NCBI GenBank assembly: GCA_950097015.1
Contig: CATNEN010000005.1
Span: 4,154,001-4,218,000 of the forward strand
Length of the DNA: 64,000 nucleotides
Direction of reading: 5' to 3'
From: Macrostomum hystrix
Lineage: Eukaryota > Animalia > Platyhelminthes
Of the stretch, positions 12,399-25,646 are shown piece after piece. The notes beneath the pieces were generated by a model. The model saw nothing but the letters and a program-made list of their open reading frames with translations, did not search any database and was not told where the DNA came from. The translations under genes and the position numbers were made by a program. Positions within the stretch are counted from its first letter, which is position 1, and the number at the start of each line of letters is the position of its first letter.

Positions 12399-12578
12399 TC
12401 AGATGCCCGCGTTAGACCAAGGCCATAGCTTTGCTGCTGCGGCTGCTGCTGCTGCTGCTGCTGCTGCCATTGCGGTGAAATGCTGCTGCTGCTGCTGATG
12501 CTGGACGGTAATCTGCTGCTGATAGTGATGCTGTTGAGGAAACTGATGAAACGCTGAGAATGCCAGATGATGAAGAGG

Positions 12579-12614
<36 letters not shown>

Positions 12615-15600
12615 ATGCTGATGATAGTGCTGCATCAGCGCATCCGACTGAGCTAGCTTCAATCGACCGCCAAAGCTTGAAGTGTCTCGTTTTCGCTTTC
12701 TAGATACCTTTCGAGACTCATGGCTTGAAGCTGCGGCGGCGGCGGCGTTGACAGCGGAACTTGGCGCTGTGGCGTCAACCGCATCGAAATCGCCAGACTC
12801 ACCTGATTCGGCTCGTTTGCACTTGTAGCGATGATTTTGAAACCAAATCTTTACCTGGAAATTATAGTGTCACAACAATTAGTAATTATTCAGTGTGAAT
12901 TCAATGTGAATTTTTTTAATGAAAATTATGATTTATTGTCATAGTCATTTTCAGCTTCCAACTGAGTTACAACCAGCACCTGCCTTATACTGCTCTTAAA
13001 TCAATTATCGCTTTGAGAACTAGCTGAGCTTTGTTCTGCAAAATATCCCGCTGTGTGATTCTATTCCTGACAAAAATTTTGCTCAAAACGATTTGACTAC
13101 AAAAATTAGAAATTTCCCGCTGCGAATTCTGTGTTGCATTTCATAGATTGCCTTTATAGGCACAGATTTTCACTAATTTAATTTGCACCATAATTTTGAC
13201 GCCTTGAAAGATAGATTCACAATGAGACAGACATACAGATATACAGACTGTGAGACAGAGTGAGACAGATAGTGAGACAGGGTGAGACAGAGTGAGACAG
13301 ATAGTGAGACAGGGTGAGACAGAGTGAGACAGAGTGAGACAGAGTGAGACAGAGTGAGACAGAGTGAGACAGATAGTGAGACAGGGTGAGACAGAGAGTG
13401 AGACAGAGTGAGACAGGGTGAGACAGAGTGAGACAGAGTGAGACAGAGTGAGACAGAGTGAGACAGAGTGAGACAGAGTGAGACAGAGTGAGACAGAGTG
13501 AGACAGAGTGAGACAGAGTGAGACAGAGTGAGACAGAGTGAGACAGAGTGAGACAGAGTGAGACAGAGTGAGACAGAGTGAGACAGAGTGAGACAGAGTG
13601 AGACAGAGTGAGACAGAGTGAGACAGAGTGAGACAGAGTGAGACAGAGTGAGACAGAGTGAGACAGAGTGAGACAGAGTGAGACAGAGTGAGACAGAGTG
13701 AGACAGAGTGAGACAGAGTGAGACAGATAGTGAGACAGGGTGAGACAGAGAGTGAGACAGAGTGAGACAGGGTGAGACAGAGTGAGACAGAGTGAGACAG
13801 AGTGAGATAGAGTGAGACAGAGTGAGACAGAGTGAGACAGAGTAAGATAGAGTGAGACAGAGTGAGACAGAGTGAGACAGAGTGAGACAGAGTGAGACAG
13901 AGTGAGACAGATAGTGAGACAGGGTGAGACAGAGAGTGAGACAGAGAGTGAGACAGAGTGAGATAGAGTGAGACAGAGTGAGACAGAGTGAGACAGAGTA
14001 AGATAGAGTGAGACAGAGTGAGACAGAGTGAGACAGAGTGAGACAGAGTGAGACAGAGTGAGACAGAGTGAGACAGAGTGAGACAGAGTGAGACAGAGTG
14101 AGACAGAGTGAGACAGAGTGAGACAGAGTGAGACAGAGTGAGACAGATAGTGAGACAGGGTGAGACAGAGAGTCAGACAGAGTGAGACAGGGTGAGACAG
14201 AGTGAGACAGAGTGAGACAGAGTGAGATAGAGTGAGACAGAGTGAGACAGAGTGAGACAGAGTGAGATAGAGTGAGACAGAGTGAGACAGAGTAAGATAG
14301 AGTGAGACAGAGTGAGACAGAGTGAGACAGAGTGAGACAGAGTGAGACAGATAGTGAGACAGGGTGAGACAGAGAGTGAGACAGAGTGAGACAGGGTGAG
14401 ACAGAGTGAGACAGAGTGAGACAGAGTGAGACAGATAGTGAGACAGGGTGAGACAGAGAGTGAGACAGAGTGAGACAGGGTGAGACAGAGTGAGACAGAG
14501 TGAGACAGAGTGAGACAGAGTGAGACAGAGTGAGACAGAGTGAGACAGAGTGAGACAGAGTGAGACAGAGTGAGACAGAGTGAGACAGATAGTGAGACAG
14601 AGTGAGACAGAGTGAGACAGAGTGAGACAGAGTGAGACAGAGTGAGACAGAGTGAGACAGGGTGAGACAGAGTGAGACAGAGTGAGACAGAGTGAGACAG
14701 AGTGAGACAGAGTGAGACAGAGTGAGACAGAGTGAGACAGAGTGAGACAGAGTGAGACAGAGTGAGACAGAGTGAGACAGAGTGAGACAGATAGTGAGAC
14801 AGAGTGAGACAGAGTGAGACAGAGTGAGACAGAGTGAGACAGAGTGAGACAGAGTGAGATAGAGTGAGACAGAGTGAGACAGAGTGAGACAGAGTAAGAC
14901 AGAGTGAGACAGAGTGAGACAGAGTGAGACAGAGTGAGACAGAGTGAGATAGAGTGAGACAGAGTGAGACAGAGTAAGATAGAGTGAGACAGAGTGAGAC
15001 AGAGTGAGACAGAGTGAGACAGAGTGAGACAGATAGTGAGACAGGGTGAGACAGAGTGAGACAGAGTGAGACAGAGTGAGACAGAGTGAGACAGATAGTG
15101 AGACAGGGTGAGACAGAGAGTGAGACAGAGTGAGACAGGGTGAGACAGAGAGAGACAGAGTGAGACAGAGTGAGACAGAGTGAGACAGAGTGAGACAGAG
15201 TGAGACAGATAGTGAGACAGAGTGAGACAGAGTGAGACAGAGTGAGACAGAGTGAGACAGAGTGAGACAGAGTGAGACAGAGTGAGACAGAGTGAGACAG
15301 AGTGAGACAGAGTGAGACAGAGTGAGATAGAGTGAGACAGAGTGAGACAGAGTGAGACAGAGTGAGATGGAGTGAGACAGAGTGAGACAGAGTAAGATAG
15401 AGTGAGACAGAGTGAGACAGAGTGAGACAGAGTGAGACAGAGTGAGACAGATAGTGAGACAGGGTGAGACAGAGTGAGACAGAGTGAGACAGAGTGAGAC
15501 AGAGTGAGACAGATAGTGAGACAGGGTGAGACAGAGAGTGAGACAGAGTGAGACAGGGTGAGACAGAGAGAGACAGAGTGAGACAGAGTGAGACAGAGTG

Positions 15601-18600
15601 AGACAGAGTGAGACAGAGTGAGACAGAGTGAGACAGATAGTGAGACAGAGTGAGACAGAGTGAGACAGAGTGAGACAGAGTGAGACAGAGTGAGACAGAG
15701 TGAGACAGGGTGAGACAGAGTGAGACAGAGTGAGACAGAGTGAGACAGAGTGAGACAGAGTGAGACAGAGTGAGACAGAGTGAGACAGAGTGAGACAGAG
15801 TGAGACAGAGTGAGACAGAGTGAGACAGAGTGAGACAGAGTGAGACAGAGTGAGACAGAGTGAGACAGAGTGAGACAGAGTGGGACAGAGTGAGACGGAC
15901 AGTGAGACAGACATAGAGTTACAGAAAAAAGCAGAACTAAGACTTTTTAGCAACGCAGTAGCCCAATTCTCACCTGAGTCGGGGTCAGATCAATCAGCGC
16001 AGCCAGGTGCTCCCTCTCGGCTGCCGACAGGTATCTCTGCTGACGGAACCGCGCCTCCAGCTGCTGGCACTGCTGCTTGCTGAACAGAATTCGTCTCCTT
16101 CGTCGTTTGGCCGCAACTTCGACTGTCACCTTGGCGACGGTTCTGACGCTCGACGCGTCGGCGGACGCAGCAGCGACGTCATCTTCGTCGTCGTAATCTT
16201 CGTCGATGTCTTCGTCGTCTGGATTGTCGCAGTCTAGATTGGCGTTACTACTGAGCTGCTGCTTGTCTTGACAACCTGGTCAGGTATGTTTTGTGTGCGG
16301 TTGATTTTTGAAGTTGATATTATGGTGTCAAAAAAGCATCAGTTTGATGATGAAGTTCCTAATTATGCTTCCAGTTTTTTTATAACCGTAAAAAGATTAA
16401 GCAGGTGCTTCTGGAAAAGTCGCTTGCTTACTGACCCCATTAACCACCAAACACCTGTCTAATTATTTCGGACTTTATATAGTGATGTGTGAAAAGAATG
16501 CTCCAATTATCCTATGATTTTTTGTCTCGAAAAGTCAAATCCAAGAATGACTGGCTTTATCTTTCCAAGAAATCAACACTGCTCAGTCGCAGTAACTGAA
16601 TCTACCGAGCATCTGCTATTTCGCTGATTAATTCTCAATTCCTATTCTTATCTAATCTTTTAAGCTCTTCTCTCCCCCAAAAAATCGCCCAGATATTCGG
16701 GAGAACGAGGATCATTAAGGAGGATAAAAATACGTCCACTTTTTAGATCTTATTTTTTGTGATTAACAGGGCAAACTCACTGAACAATAGGAGACAATGA
16801 AACCACTGACAGCTTGGGGATACGCCATGATTTTCCCCATTTTCTATAATCCTAATTTGACCTGTTGCCATTTGGACGACCTATTTTATTTCCCCAAAGG
16901 CGGCAGTCCTTGCCAACACCAGACCTATACTTAAATTGATCAGTTGGTCAAGAGTGAAATGGTGAAATGGCGCCAACTCCTCGTATTAAAGTTCTATGCA
17001 TTTTTAATGTTTCCACATGGACAGTCACATTTGAAAGGCTATGTTGAGCCAATCGATTGTGACTGTTGAACACTAGTTGCTAGGGTGTAGTCCAGGGTGA
17101 GAGTTCTTGGTTGATTTTGACCGTTCTCGTTCTGTACAACGCCCTGACCACCCTCGGGTGGAGTTCTCACTAGCTCATCACTAGAGAGTGACGCAATCCT
17201 ACAGTCTTGGTTTCAATCTCATGACCGCTATTATAACAAAGACTTGTTACAGCTCAAGAGATTCCAATTTTGTGAAACAATAAAAAATGGCCGTTCGAAT
17301 GACCCAATGGATACCAATTTGACACTTTCGATAGCTTCGAATTACTATTAGCCCCAGAAGAAATCTTGACAGCCAGCTCAACCGTAAAACGGTTAAAATG
17401 TCTCGCATAAATTAAGGGCCTGTATATTTTGATGACATCTCTTACAAAGACTTGTTTTATATCGACTTCTGAATACGATGTATATGCGTAAAAACTTTAT
17501 AGATATACCTTAGTAAAGTTTGTCCCCAATCAACTATCGAAACACAATACCAGATGTTTCAGTAGCAGCCGCTCTTGAATTGAATAAATATTTTTATGAT
17601 TTACTGATTGATCGGAATTTCATAGATTGGAATAGAAATAAATGTGTGACTTAAATATCGGTTTGATGAAATGATGCCTGGAATTGTGAGCATGTTCGAT
17701 ATTTATAGACCAGATTTTATTTTGATCGAGCCCGATTAGAGAACCATTGTGAGCTATAGCAATAAACAAACATATTGGAATTAGAAATTTCACGGGAGAG
17801 ATGAGACACGGGAGAGATGAGACACGGGAGAGATGAGACACGGGAGAGATGAGACACGGGAGAGATGAGACACGGGAGAGATGAGACACGGGAGAGATGA
17901 GACACGGGAGAGATGAGACACGGGAGAGATGAGACACGGGAGAGATGAGACACGGGAGAGATGAGACACGGGAGAGATGAGACACGGGAGAGATGAGACA
18001 CGGGAGAGATGAGACACGGGAGAGATGAGACACGGGAGAGATGAGACACGGGAGAGATGAGACACGGGAGAGATGAGACACGGGAGAGATGAGACACGGG
18101 AGAGATGAGACACGGGAGAGATGAGACACGGGAGAGATGAGACACGGGAGAGATGAGACACGGGAGAGATGAGACACGGGAGAGATGAGACACGGGAGAG
18201 ATGAGACACGGGAGAGATGAGACACGGGAGAGATGAGACACGGGAGACATGAGACACGGGAGAGATGAGACACGGGAGAGATGAGACAGGATACTGAAAG
18301 GTGTCGGAAGGGGCAACGGGCCGGATTTGGGAACTTCGAGGGCCGCATCTGGCCCGCGGACCGGAGTTCGCCAACCCCTGCGGCCTAGCAACAAGCGATG
18401 GGAAAATGGGAAATTAAGTTGGAGTCAATAAAAGTTTACTCACCATTATCGTCGTCAGGTTGACAATTCAACACTGCCTGCTGCTGCTCCTGCTCCTGCT
18501 GCTGCTGCTGCTGCTGCTGTTCACTACAATCGGAACTAGACTCAGTTGAGTCGTGCTCATCTGTGCCAAGGTTCAGTAGGCTCCTGACAGAGAATTTGAA

Positions 18601-18633
18601 ACATCCTGCGGGCTCCGTTGTTGAAGCAGCCAT
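12399..18633 (-). CDS. nkx2.2: NK2-class homeobox transcription factor (Nkx2.2/vnd-like), 3 exons, ~315 aa
   Basis: Exons 18633-18444 (eh1/TN motif FSVRSLLNL, phase 1), 16275-15974 and 12854-12399; total 948 nt in frame. Homeodomain [44 protein letters not shown]|[14 protein letters not shown] has the NK2-diagnostic Tyr54. C-terminal WPW resembles the W-x-W tail of Nkx2.2. Confidence 0.92.
13245..15910. repeat. 10-bp satellite (GAGACAGAGT)n filling intron 2 of the homeobox gene
   Basis: About 2.7 kb array; source of the spurious 926-aa ORF. Confidence 0.97.
17790..18290. repeat. Highly homogeneous 16-bp minisatellite (CACGGGAGAGATGAGA)n in intron 1
   Basis: Near-perfect tandem, period 16. 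Confidence 0.97.
18310..18380 (-). mobile_element. hAT (Charlie/MER58-like) DNA transposon terminus, single end
   Basis: Minus strand CAGGGGTTGGCGAACTCCGGTCCGCGGGCCAGATGCGGCCC matches the typical hAT-Charlie end motif; no matching second TIR seen. Confidence 0.6.
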
Positions 18634-19584
18634 TTGCCAACGAATTGGGTGAACAGTCGAATTAAAAATATCGGAAAATTTGCGCAGATTTTTCAGTTGA
18701 TCATTTTACTGCTTATATATCAATGACTTTTGCTATTCACAAACACGAAACAATGGGGGGTTCCGTGGAGCGCCGTGTCGACTGGGGTGGGTGTCAGACT
18801 CAGGTCGTTCCCCATTGGCTACGCGGGGGGTGTTCTACTATCTTGTTTCGCGGGAACCGCACAGTGGGTGAGCATCCGATTGGATTGGGCGAAACACAGC
18901 GGGTGATGAAGGACTTCAGGAAAAAAATGTTAATTTCGTGTTGTGAAACTTTCGTCAATGACACTTTTTAATTTCATCCCGCTGTGTTGTCAGATAATTT
19001 TATATTGATCACTTTCCACTGTCAAGTTTGCAAGAACAGCAAGTTTCTCTGCTCGTGCGCAAACACCATTGAAATCAGCATGAGCTCTAGACATTGTGAC
19101 AGTTTCCAGCTGTTGGAGTTATCGACAATGCGTCAAATTTTGGCAACTTTATCGAGCTTCCTTGCCGTACAGGCAGTGGCGGAGCTGTTTCCGGTCCGTG
19201 GACTGTAATGGGCCTAAACTTGGTCTGTAATTGCACAAAAGCAACATTGACAACAGAGAAATGTCAAGGCTTCTATAAGGAAGCGTCATTCATTGTTGCT
19301 TATCGAATTACCAATGGGTTAAGTGTAAAGGTGTCACGCTGTACGCTTCGTTGCTTACTAAGCCACAGGTCGGCGATCTGTGTTGCTAAGCGATGTAACA
19401 GGGAAGGATCACATTGATAAAGTTTTTTGATACGCACGATAATTAATGATATTATAGACTTATGGGGTATTATAGGATGCGTTGCTCTGAATTAAAGCAT
19501 ACCTAATTTATTCGATTCTATTGGAAGGACTAAATTTGTGTGTGTGTGTGTGTGCGTTAGATGATAGGCATGCTATGCTGGTTT

Positions 19585-20345
19585 GACAGTGATAGAGAGT
19601 AGAAGGGAGAGAAGAGAGTAGAGGGGAGATGAGAGGAGAGAGGAGAGAGTATAGAAGGGAGAGGAGAGGAGAGGAGAGGAGAGGAGAGGAGAGGAGAGGA
19701 GAGGAGAGGAGAAGAGAGGAGAGGAGAGGAGAGAAGAGGAGACGAGAGGAGAAGAGAGGAGAGGAGAGGAGAAGAGAGGAGAGGAGAGAAGAGGAGAGGA
19801 GAGGACAGAAGAGGAGAGGAGAGGAGAAGAGAGGAGAGGAGAGAAGAGGAGAGAAGAGGAGAGAAAAGGAGAGGAGAGAAGAGGAGAGAAGAGAAGAGGA
19901 GAAAAGAGAGGAGAGGAGAGGAGAGGAGAGAGTAGAAAGGAGACGAGAGGAGGGAGGAGAGAGTAGAAGGGAGATGAGAGGAGAGAGGAGAGGAGAGAGT
20001 AGAGGGGAGATGAGAGGAGAGAGTAGAAAAGAGATGAGAGGAGAGAGTAGAAGGGAGATGAGAGGAGAGAGTAGAAGGGAGATGAGAGGAGAGAGGAGAG
20101 GAGAGAGTAGAGGGGAGATGAGAGGAGAGAGTAGAAAAGAGATGAGAGGAGAGAGTAGAAGGGAGATGAGAGGAGAGAGGAGAGGAGAGAGTAGAGGGGA
20201 GATGAGAGGAGAGAGTAGAAGGGAGATGAGAGGAGAGAGGAGAGAGTAGAAGGGAGAGGAGAGGAGAGAGGAGAGGAGAGAGTAGAAGGGAGAGGAGAGA
20301 GTAGAAGGGAGAGGAGAGGAGAGAGTCGAGAATAGAGGAAGAGGA
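19585..20345. repeat. Polypurine (GAGAG/GAGGA)n low-complexity array
   Basis: Direct reading. Confidence 0.95.
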
Positions 20346-20929
20346 GAGATGACTGTTTATGATTGGCTGTGCAAAACAAACAGTTGAGCATCAGGTTCTC
20401 ATCAAATATTTAGCACATATCAACTATATAGGCCTAATCTAATTTAGCAACATGGCTTACTTATAATTCCCAGAAGATTGTCTTTATTTAAGCACATCTG
20501 TCTTTGTGTTGTGGTTTTTAACAGGAAAATTTAAGGCCTTGGAAGTGATAGCGATAGCCCATTGTAATGCAAATGAGTCTGTCAAAAGTATGAGAATAAT
20601 TATTCAAATTAAAATACAGCAACTCGTTCACATTTCGATGATGATGTTCTAAACACAGAAAACTTGAAATTATTATGACGGAAGGAAATGAGCCATCAGG
20701 TGTCTGTGTGTGAAATCTATAAGCTACATTGGCTGCTTCGCTGCGGCTAAAATGATAATACGAGTTTTTGTTACAAAATTGATGAATTCAATTCTAAATT
20801 TGTTGGAACGCGACAATGCTAAAAGTTTGCCCATTGGAAACTGCGTGACAACGCGAACTAAAGTAACGAGTAAAGTAAAGTAACGATCTAGATAGCATTG
20901 ACAAATGGTTAATGATGGTTGACAGAAAA

Positions 20930-21210
20930 TTAGGGGGAGAAAGAGAGGGGAGAGAAACAGAGAAGAGAATGAGAGGGGGAGAAAGAGAGAGGGGAGAAAG
21001 AGGAAGGGGAGAAAAAGGGAGGGAAGAAAGAGGGAGGGAAGAAAGAGAGAGGGGAGAAAGAGATAGGGGAGAGGGAGAGAGGGGAGAAAGAGAGAGGGGA
21101 GAAAGAGAGAGGGGAGAAAGAGAGGGGAGAAATAGAGAGGGGAGAAAGAGAGAGGGGAGAGGGAGAGAGGGGAGAAAGAGGGGGGGGAGAAAGGGAAAGG
21201 ATAGAAAGTG
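20930..21210. repeat. Polypurine (GAGAGAGGGGAGAAA)-like array
   Basis: Direct reading. Confidence 0.9.
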
Positions 21211-21796
21211 TTTGAAGCAATAAGGAGGGTGAGAGATAGTGTGGATGCAACACAGAGGCTATCAAAATAGGCAAATATTGCGTTTTGCTAAAGAAACCAG
21301 CCCAAAGCAACTTTTTTGTTCAGAATCTTTACACTTAACTTTGGCAATAAAAAATGTCAGCATCGAAATGCCTTTAATCGTCAGGCTATTAACAGATAAT
21401 TTCTAGTCAGAATTGGCGGTGCAATTCCCAGTGTCAAATATCCAGGCCTTTCGTTGCAGAGGCATAAAATATATGTAAGCCGGCAGCAAGATGTCACCAC
21501 TGTAACAATAAATTCAATGAAATTGCACCGATGCATTGACAATGTTTGTTTCATCAGCTTTTTTGACATTAATCGAGGCCAAATTTGATTCTTAGAATCA
21601 GTGGCAACAATTTTACATTACGACTCTTTATTGGCGAATTTGCGCATCCTTTGAAGAAATTCTCGTCTGATTGCAAATTGTTTTCTGTTGCGAACCTAAA
21701 AATGTGTACAGGTGTAAATTAAACATAAATATTCTGATAGATGCAAGATACTGGACTATTAAACTAGCTGTGGAAATGAACTGCACCTAAAATCAC

Positions 21797-22895
21797 TATC
21801 GAACTGCATGGAACACCCGTGTCTAACAGGTCAGTTCCTTATCGAACTGCATGGAACACCCGTGTCTAACAGGTCAGTTCCTTATCGAACTGCATGGAAC
21901 ACCCGTGTCTAACAGGTCAGTTCCTTATCCAACTGCATGGAACACCCGTGTCTAACAGGTCAGTTCCTTATCCAACTGCATGGAACACCCGTGTCTAACA
22001 GGTCAGTTCCTTATCCAACTGCATGGAACACCCGTGTCTAACAGGTCAGTTCCTTATCCAACTGCATGGAACACCCGTGTCTAACAGGTCAGTTCCTTAT
22101 CGAACTGCATGGAACACCTGTGTCTAACAGGTCAGTTCCTTATCGAACTGCATGGAACACCTGTGTCTAACAGGTCAGTTCCTTATCGAACTGCATGGAA
22201 CACCCGTGTCTAACAGGTCAGTTCCTTATCGAACTGCATGGAACACCCGTGTCTAACAGGTCAGTTCCTTATCGAACTGCATGGAACACCCGTGTCTAAC
22301 AGGTCAGTTCCTTATCGAACTGCATGGAACACCTGTGTCTAACAGGTCAGTTCCTTATCGAACTGCATGGAACACCTGTGTCTAACAGGTCAGTTCCTTA
22401 TCGAACTGCATGGAACACCTGTGTCTAACAGGTCAGTTCCTTATCGAACTGCATGGAACACCCGTGTCTAACAGGTCAGTTCCTTATCGAACTGCATGGA
22501 ACACCTGTGTCTAACAGGTCACTTCCTTATCGAACTGCATGGAACACCCGTGTCTAACAGGTCACTTCCTTATCGAACTGCATGGAACACCCGTGTCTAA
22601 CAGGTCAGTTCCTTATCGAACTGCATGGAACACCCGTGTCTAACAGGTCATTTCCTTATCGAACTGCATGGAACACCTGTGTCTAACAGGTCAGTTCCTT
22701 ATCGAACTGCATGGAACACCTGTGTCTAACAGGTCAGTTCCTTATCGAACTGCATGGAACACCCGTGTCTAACAGGTCAGTTCCTTATCGAACTGCATGG
22801 AACACCCGTGTCTAACAGGTCAGTTCCTTATCGAACTGCATGGAACACCTGTGTCTAACAGGTCAGTTCCTTATCGAACTGCATGGAACACCCGT
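21797..22895. repeat. 43-bp minisatellite (TATCGAACTGCATGGAACACCYGTGTCTAACAGGTCAGTTCCT)n, ~25 copies
   Basis: Period 43 (e.g. ATCGAAC at 21841 and 21884); no spacers. Confidence 0.97.
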
Positions 22896-23334
22896 TCGAC
22901 CCTTATTAAAAAATTTTATAATTCAAGCAGTTCTTAAAAGAAATTTTCTAATGCGTTTAAACTCTTACAAAAAGCATCTAACAGTTTAGAAACCAATTAT
23001 TATTTAATAAATAAAAAATCAGATCGATTAAAGATTACATTCACCCTGCGAAGAAAGAAGTAGATCTGGACTTCACGAGAACACAAAGCAAGAATTTTCA
23101 TGTTGAAATAGGATAAATTTCGACATTTATGCTGCAAAAAGACTAAACAACGAAAAGCGAATATCAAAAGCAAAACACACTGTTCATACTACTGTTTACC
23201 TGTAGTAGTACATCAAGGAAAACAAAAACGCATTTTCATTTATAAATTTTTGTGATTGGCATTTTAGTAAGCACTTTACGCACGAAATTCTGCAAGGTTT
23301 AAGAGTCAAATATGTAAGATTCTTTTGGTAACAT

Positions 23335-24700
23335 GGTAACAACCGTTTGACAGATAATTAATCCTGTTAGACAGATTGTTACACCTGTTAGACAGGTTGT
23401 TACACCTGTTAGACAGATTGTTACACCTGTTAGACAGGTTGTTACACCTGTTAGACAGATTGTTACACCTGTTAGACAGGTTGTTACACCTGTTAGACAG
23501 ATTGTTACACCTGTTAGACAGATTGTTACACATGTTAGACAGATTGTTACACATGTTAGACAGGTTGTTACACCTGTTAGACAGATTGTTACACCTATTA
23601 GACAGGTTGTTACACCTGTTAGACAGATTGTTACACCTGTTAGACAGATTGTTACACCTGTTAGACAGATTGTTACACCTGTTAGACAGGTTGTTACACC
23701 TGTTAGACAGATTGTTACACCTGTTAGACAGATTGTTACACCTGTTAGACAGGTTGTTACACCTGTTAGACAGATAATTAATCGATCATGTTAGACAGAT
23801 TGTTACACCTGTTGGACAGATTTTTACACCTGTTGGACAGATTTTTACACCTGTTAGACAGGTTGTTACACCTGTTGGACAGGTTGTTACACCTGTTGGA
23901 CAGGTTGTTACACCTGTTAGACAGATTGTTACACCTGTTAGACAGGTTGTTACACCTGTTAGACAGATTGTTACACCTGTTAGACAGATTGTTACACCTG
24001 TTAGACAGATTGTTACACCTGTTAGACAGATTGTTACACCTGTTAGACAGGTTGTTACACCTGTTAGACAGATTGTTACACCTGTTAGACAGATTGTTAC
24101 ACCTGTTAGACAGGTTGTTACACCTGTTAGACAGATTGTTACACCTGTTAGACAGATTGTTACACCTGTTAGACAGAGTTTTACACCTGTTAGACAGATT
24201 GTTACACCTGTTAGACAGATTGTTACACCTATTAGACAGGTTGTTACACCTGTTAGACAGATTGTTACACCTGTTAGACAGATTGTTACACCTGTTAGAC
24301 AGATTGTTACACCTGTTAGACAGATTGTTACACCTGTTAGACAGATTGTTACACCTGTTAGACAGGTTGTTACACCTGTTAGACAGATTGTTACACCTGT
24401 TAGACAGATTGTTACACCTGTTAGACAGAGTTTTACACCTGTTAGACAGATTGTTACACCTGTTAGACAGATTGTTACACCTGTTAGACAGAATTTTACA
24501 CCTGTTAGACAGATTGTTACACCTGTTAGACAGATTGTTACACCTGTTAGACAGGTTGTTACACCTGTTAGACAGATTGTTACACCTGTTAGACAGATTG
24601 TTACGCCTGTTAGACAGATTGTTACACCTGTTAGACAGATTGTTACACCTGTTAGACAGATTGTTACACATGTTAGACAGATTGTTACACATGTTAGACA
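23335..24700. repeat. 21-bp minisatellite (TTGTTACACCTGTTAGACAGR)n
   Basis: Period 21; source of the LLHLLDR ORFs. Confidence 0.97.
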
Positions 24701-24974
24701 AAAAATGCTACACAAAACTCATTCAAATCAAAGCTGCTTTAATGAGTAGGGTTTGTAACAAATAAGCTAAACAGATAAAGATTTATAAAAAACAACATTA
24801 CGAGATCACTTTTTAAGGATAATTTGACCAGAAATTTTTATTTATTTATTTTTTTTAACTTAAGTAAAACGACAAAAGTTTTCAGAAGGAATTAACACGA
24901 TCAGATTATCAGATTTCTTGATGTGGATTCTATTTTCGATACGAGTTATATTTCTATCTTCGATACTACTTAAA

Positions 24975-25395
24975 ATTCTTGCCCTTGTACCAGTCACAAT
25001 TCTACCTTCGATACCAGTCACAATTCTACCTTCGATACCAGTGAGAATTCTAGCTTAGATACCAGCCGTAGTTCTTGCTTCAAAACGAGCCTCAATTCTA
25101 GCTTCGATACCAGCCGCAGTTCAAGCTTCGATACCAGCCTCAATTCTAGCTTCGATACCAGCCTCAATTCAAGCTTTGATACCAGCGTCAATTCTGGCTT
25201 CGATGCCAGCCTCAATTCTGGCTTCGATGCCAGCCTCAATTCTAGCTTCGATACCAACCTTCATTCTTGCTTCGATACCACCCTCAATTCGTTACCAGCC
25301 TCAATTCTAGCTTCGATTCCAGCCGCAATTCTAGCTTCGATTCCAGCCGCAATTCTAGCTTCGATTCCAGCCGCAATTGAAGCTTTGATACTAGC
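24975..25395 (+). repeat. Diverged 24-bp minisatellite (CTAGCTTCGATACCAGCCTCAATT)n
   Basis: Same AGCTTCGATAC core as the 27785-28090 array and the reverse complement of the 28850-29437 array. Confidence 0.9.
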
Positions 25396-25646
25396 AACAA
25401 ATCTAGCATATCACAAAAAACAATAACGCTTTTTATCGTAAAATACGAATTAGATAATGCGTAAAAATGTTGGAATGCAAACTGAATCACTCATCAAAGC
25501 CTCATCACTCATACTACTTACAGACGTATTGAAAGTTATCACACAAAATTAAACAAAAAACGTAGAAAGTTAGAAAAAATACAAGACAATCAACAAAAAC
25601 AGAAGATTTCATCAAAAATTAGAAGGTCCATTTAAGTTATGAATCT

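Noticed and set aside
13173-15953. 926-aa ORF and the other long repetitive ORFs (519-971, 5535-6596, 7708-8404, 9547-10404, 17620-18394, 19573-20391, 23376-24765, 25862-26788, 28951-29469, 42300-42912)
   Set aside because: They are stop-free readings of tandem repeats, mostly intronic or intergenic, open in several frames at once and without unique coding flanks.
21797-22895. CRISPR-like array (palindromic 43-bp unit)
   Set aside because: Units are directly adjacent with no unique spacers, there are no cas genes, and the context is eukaryotic.
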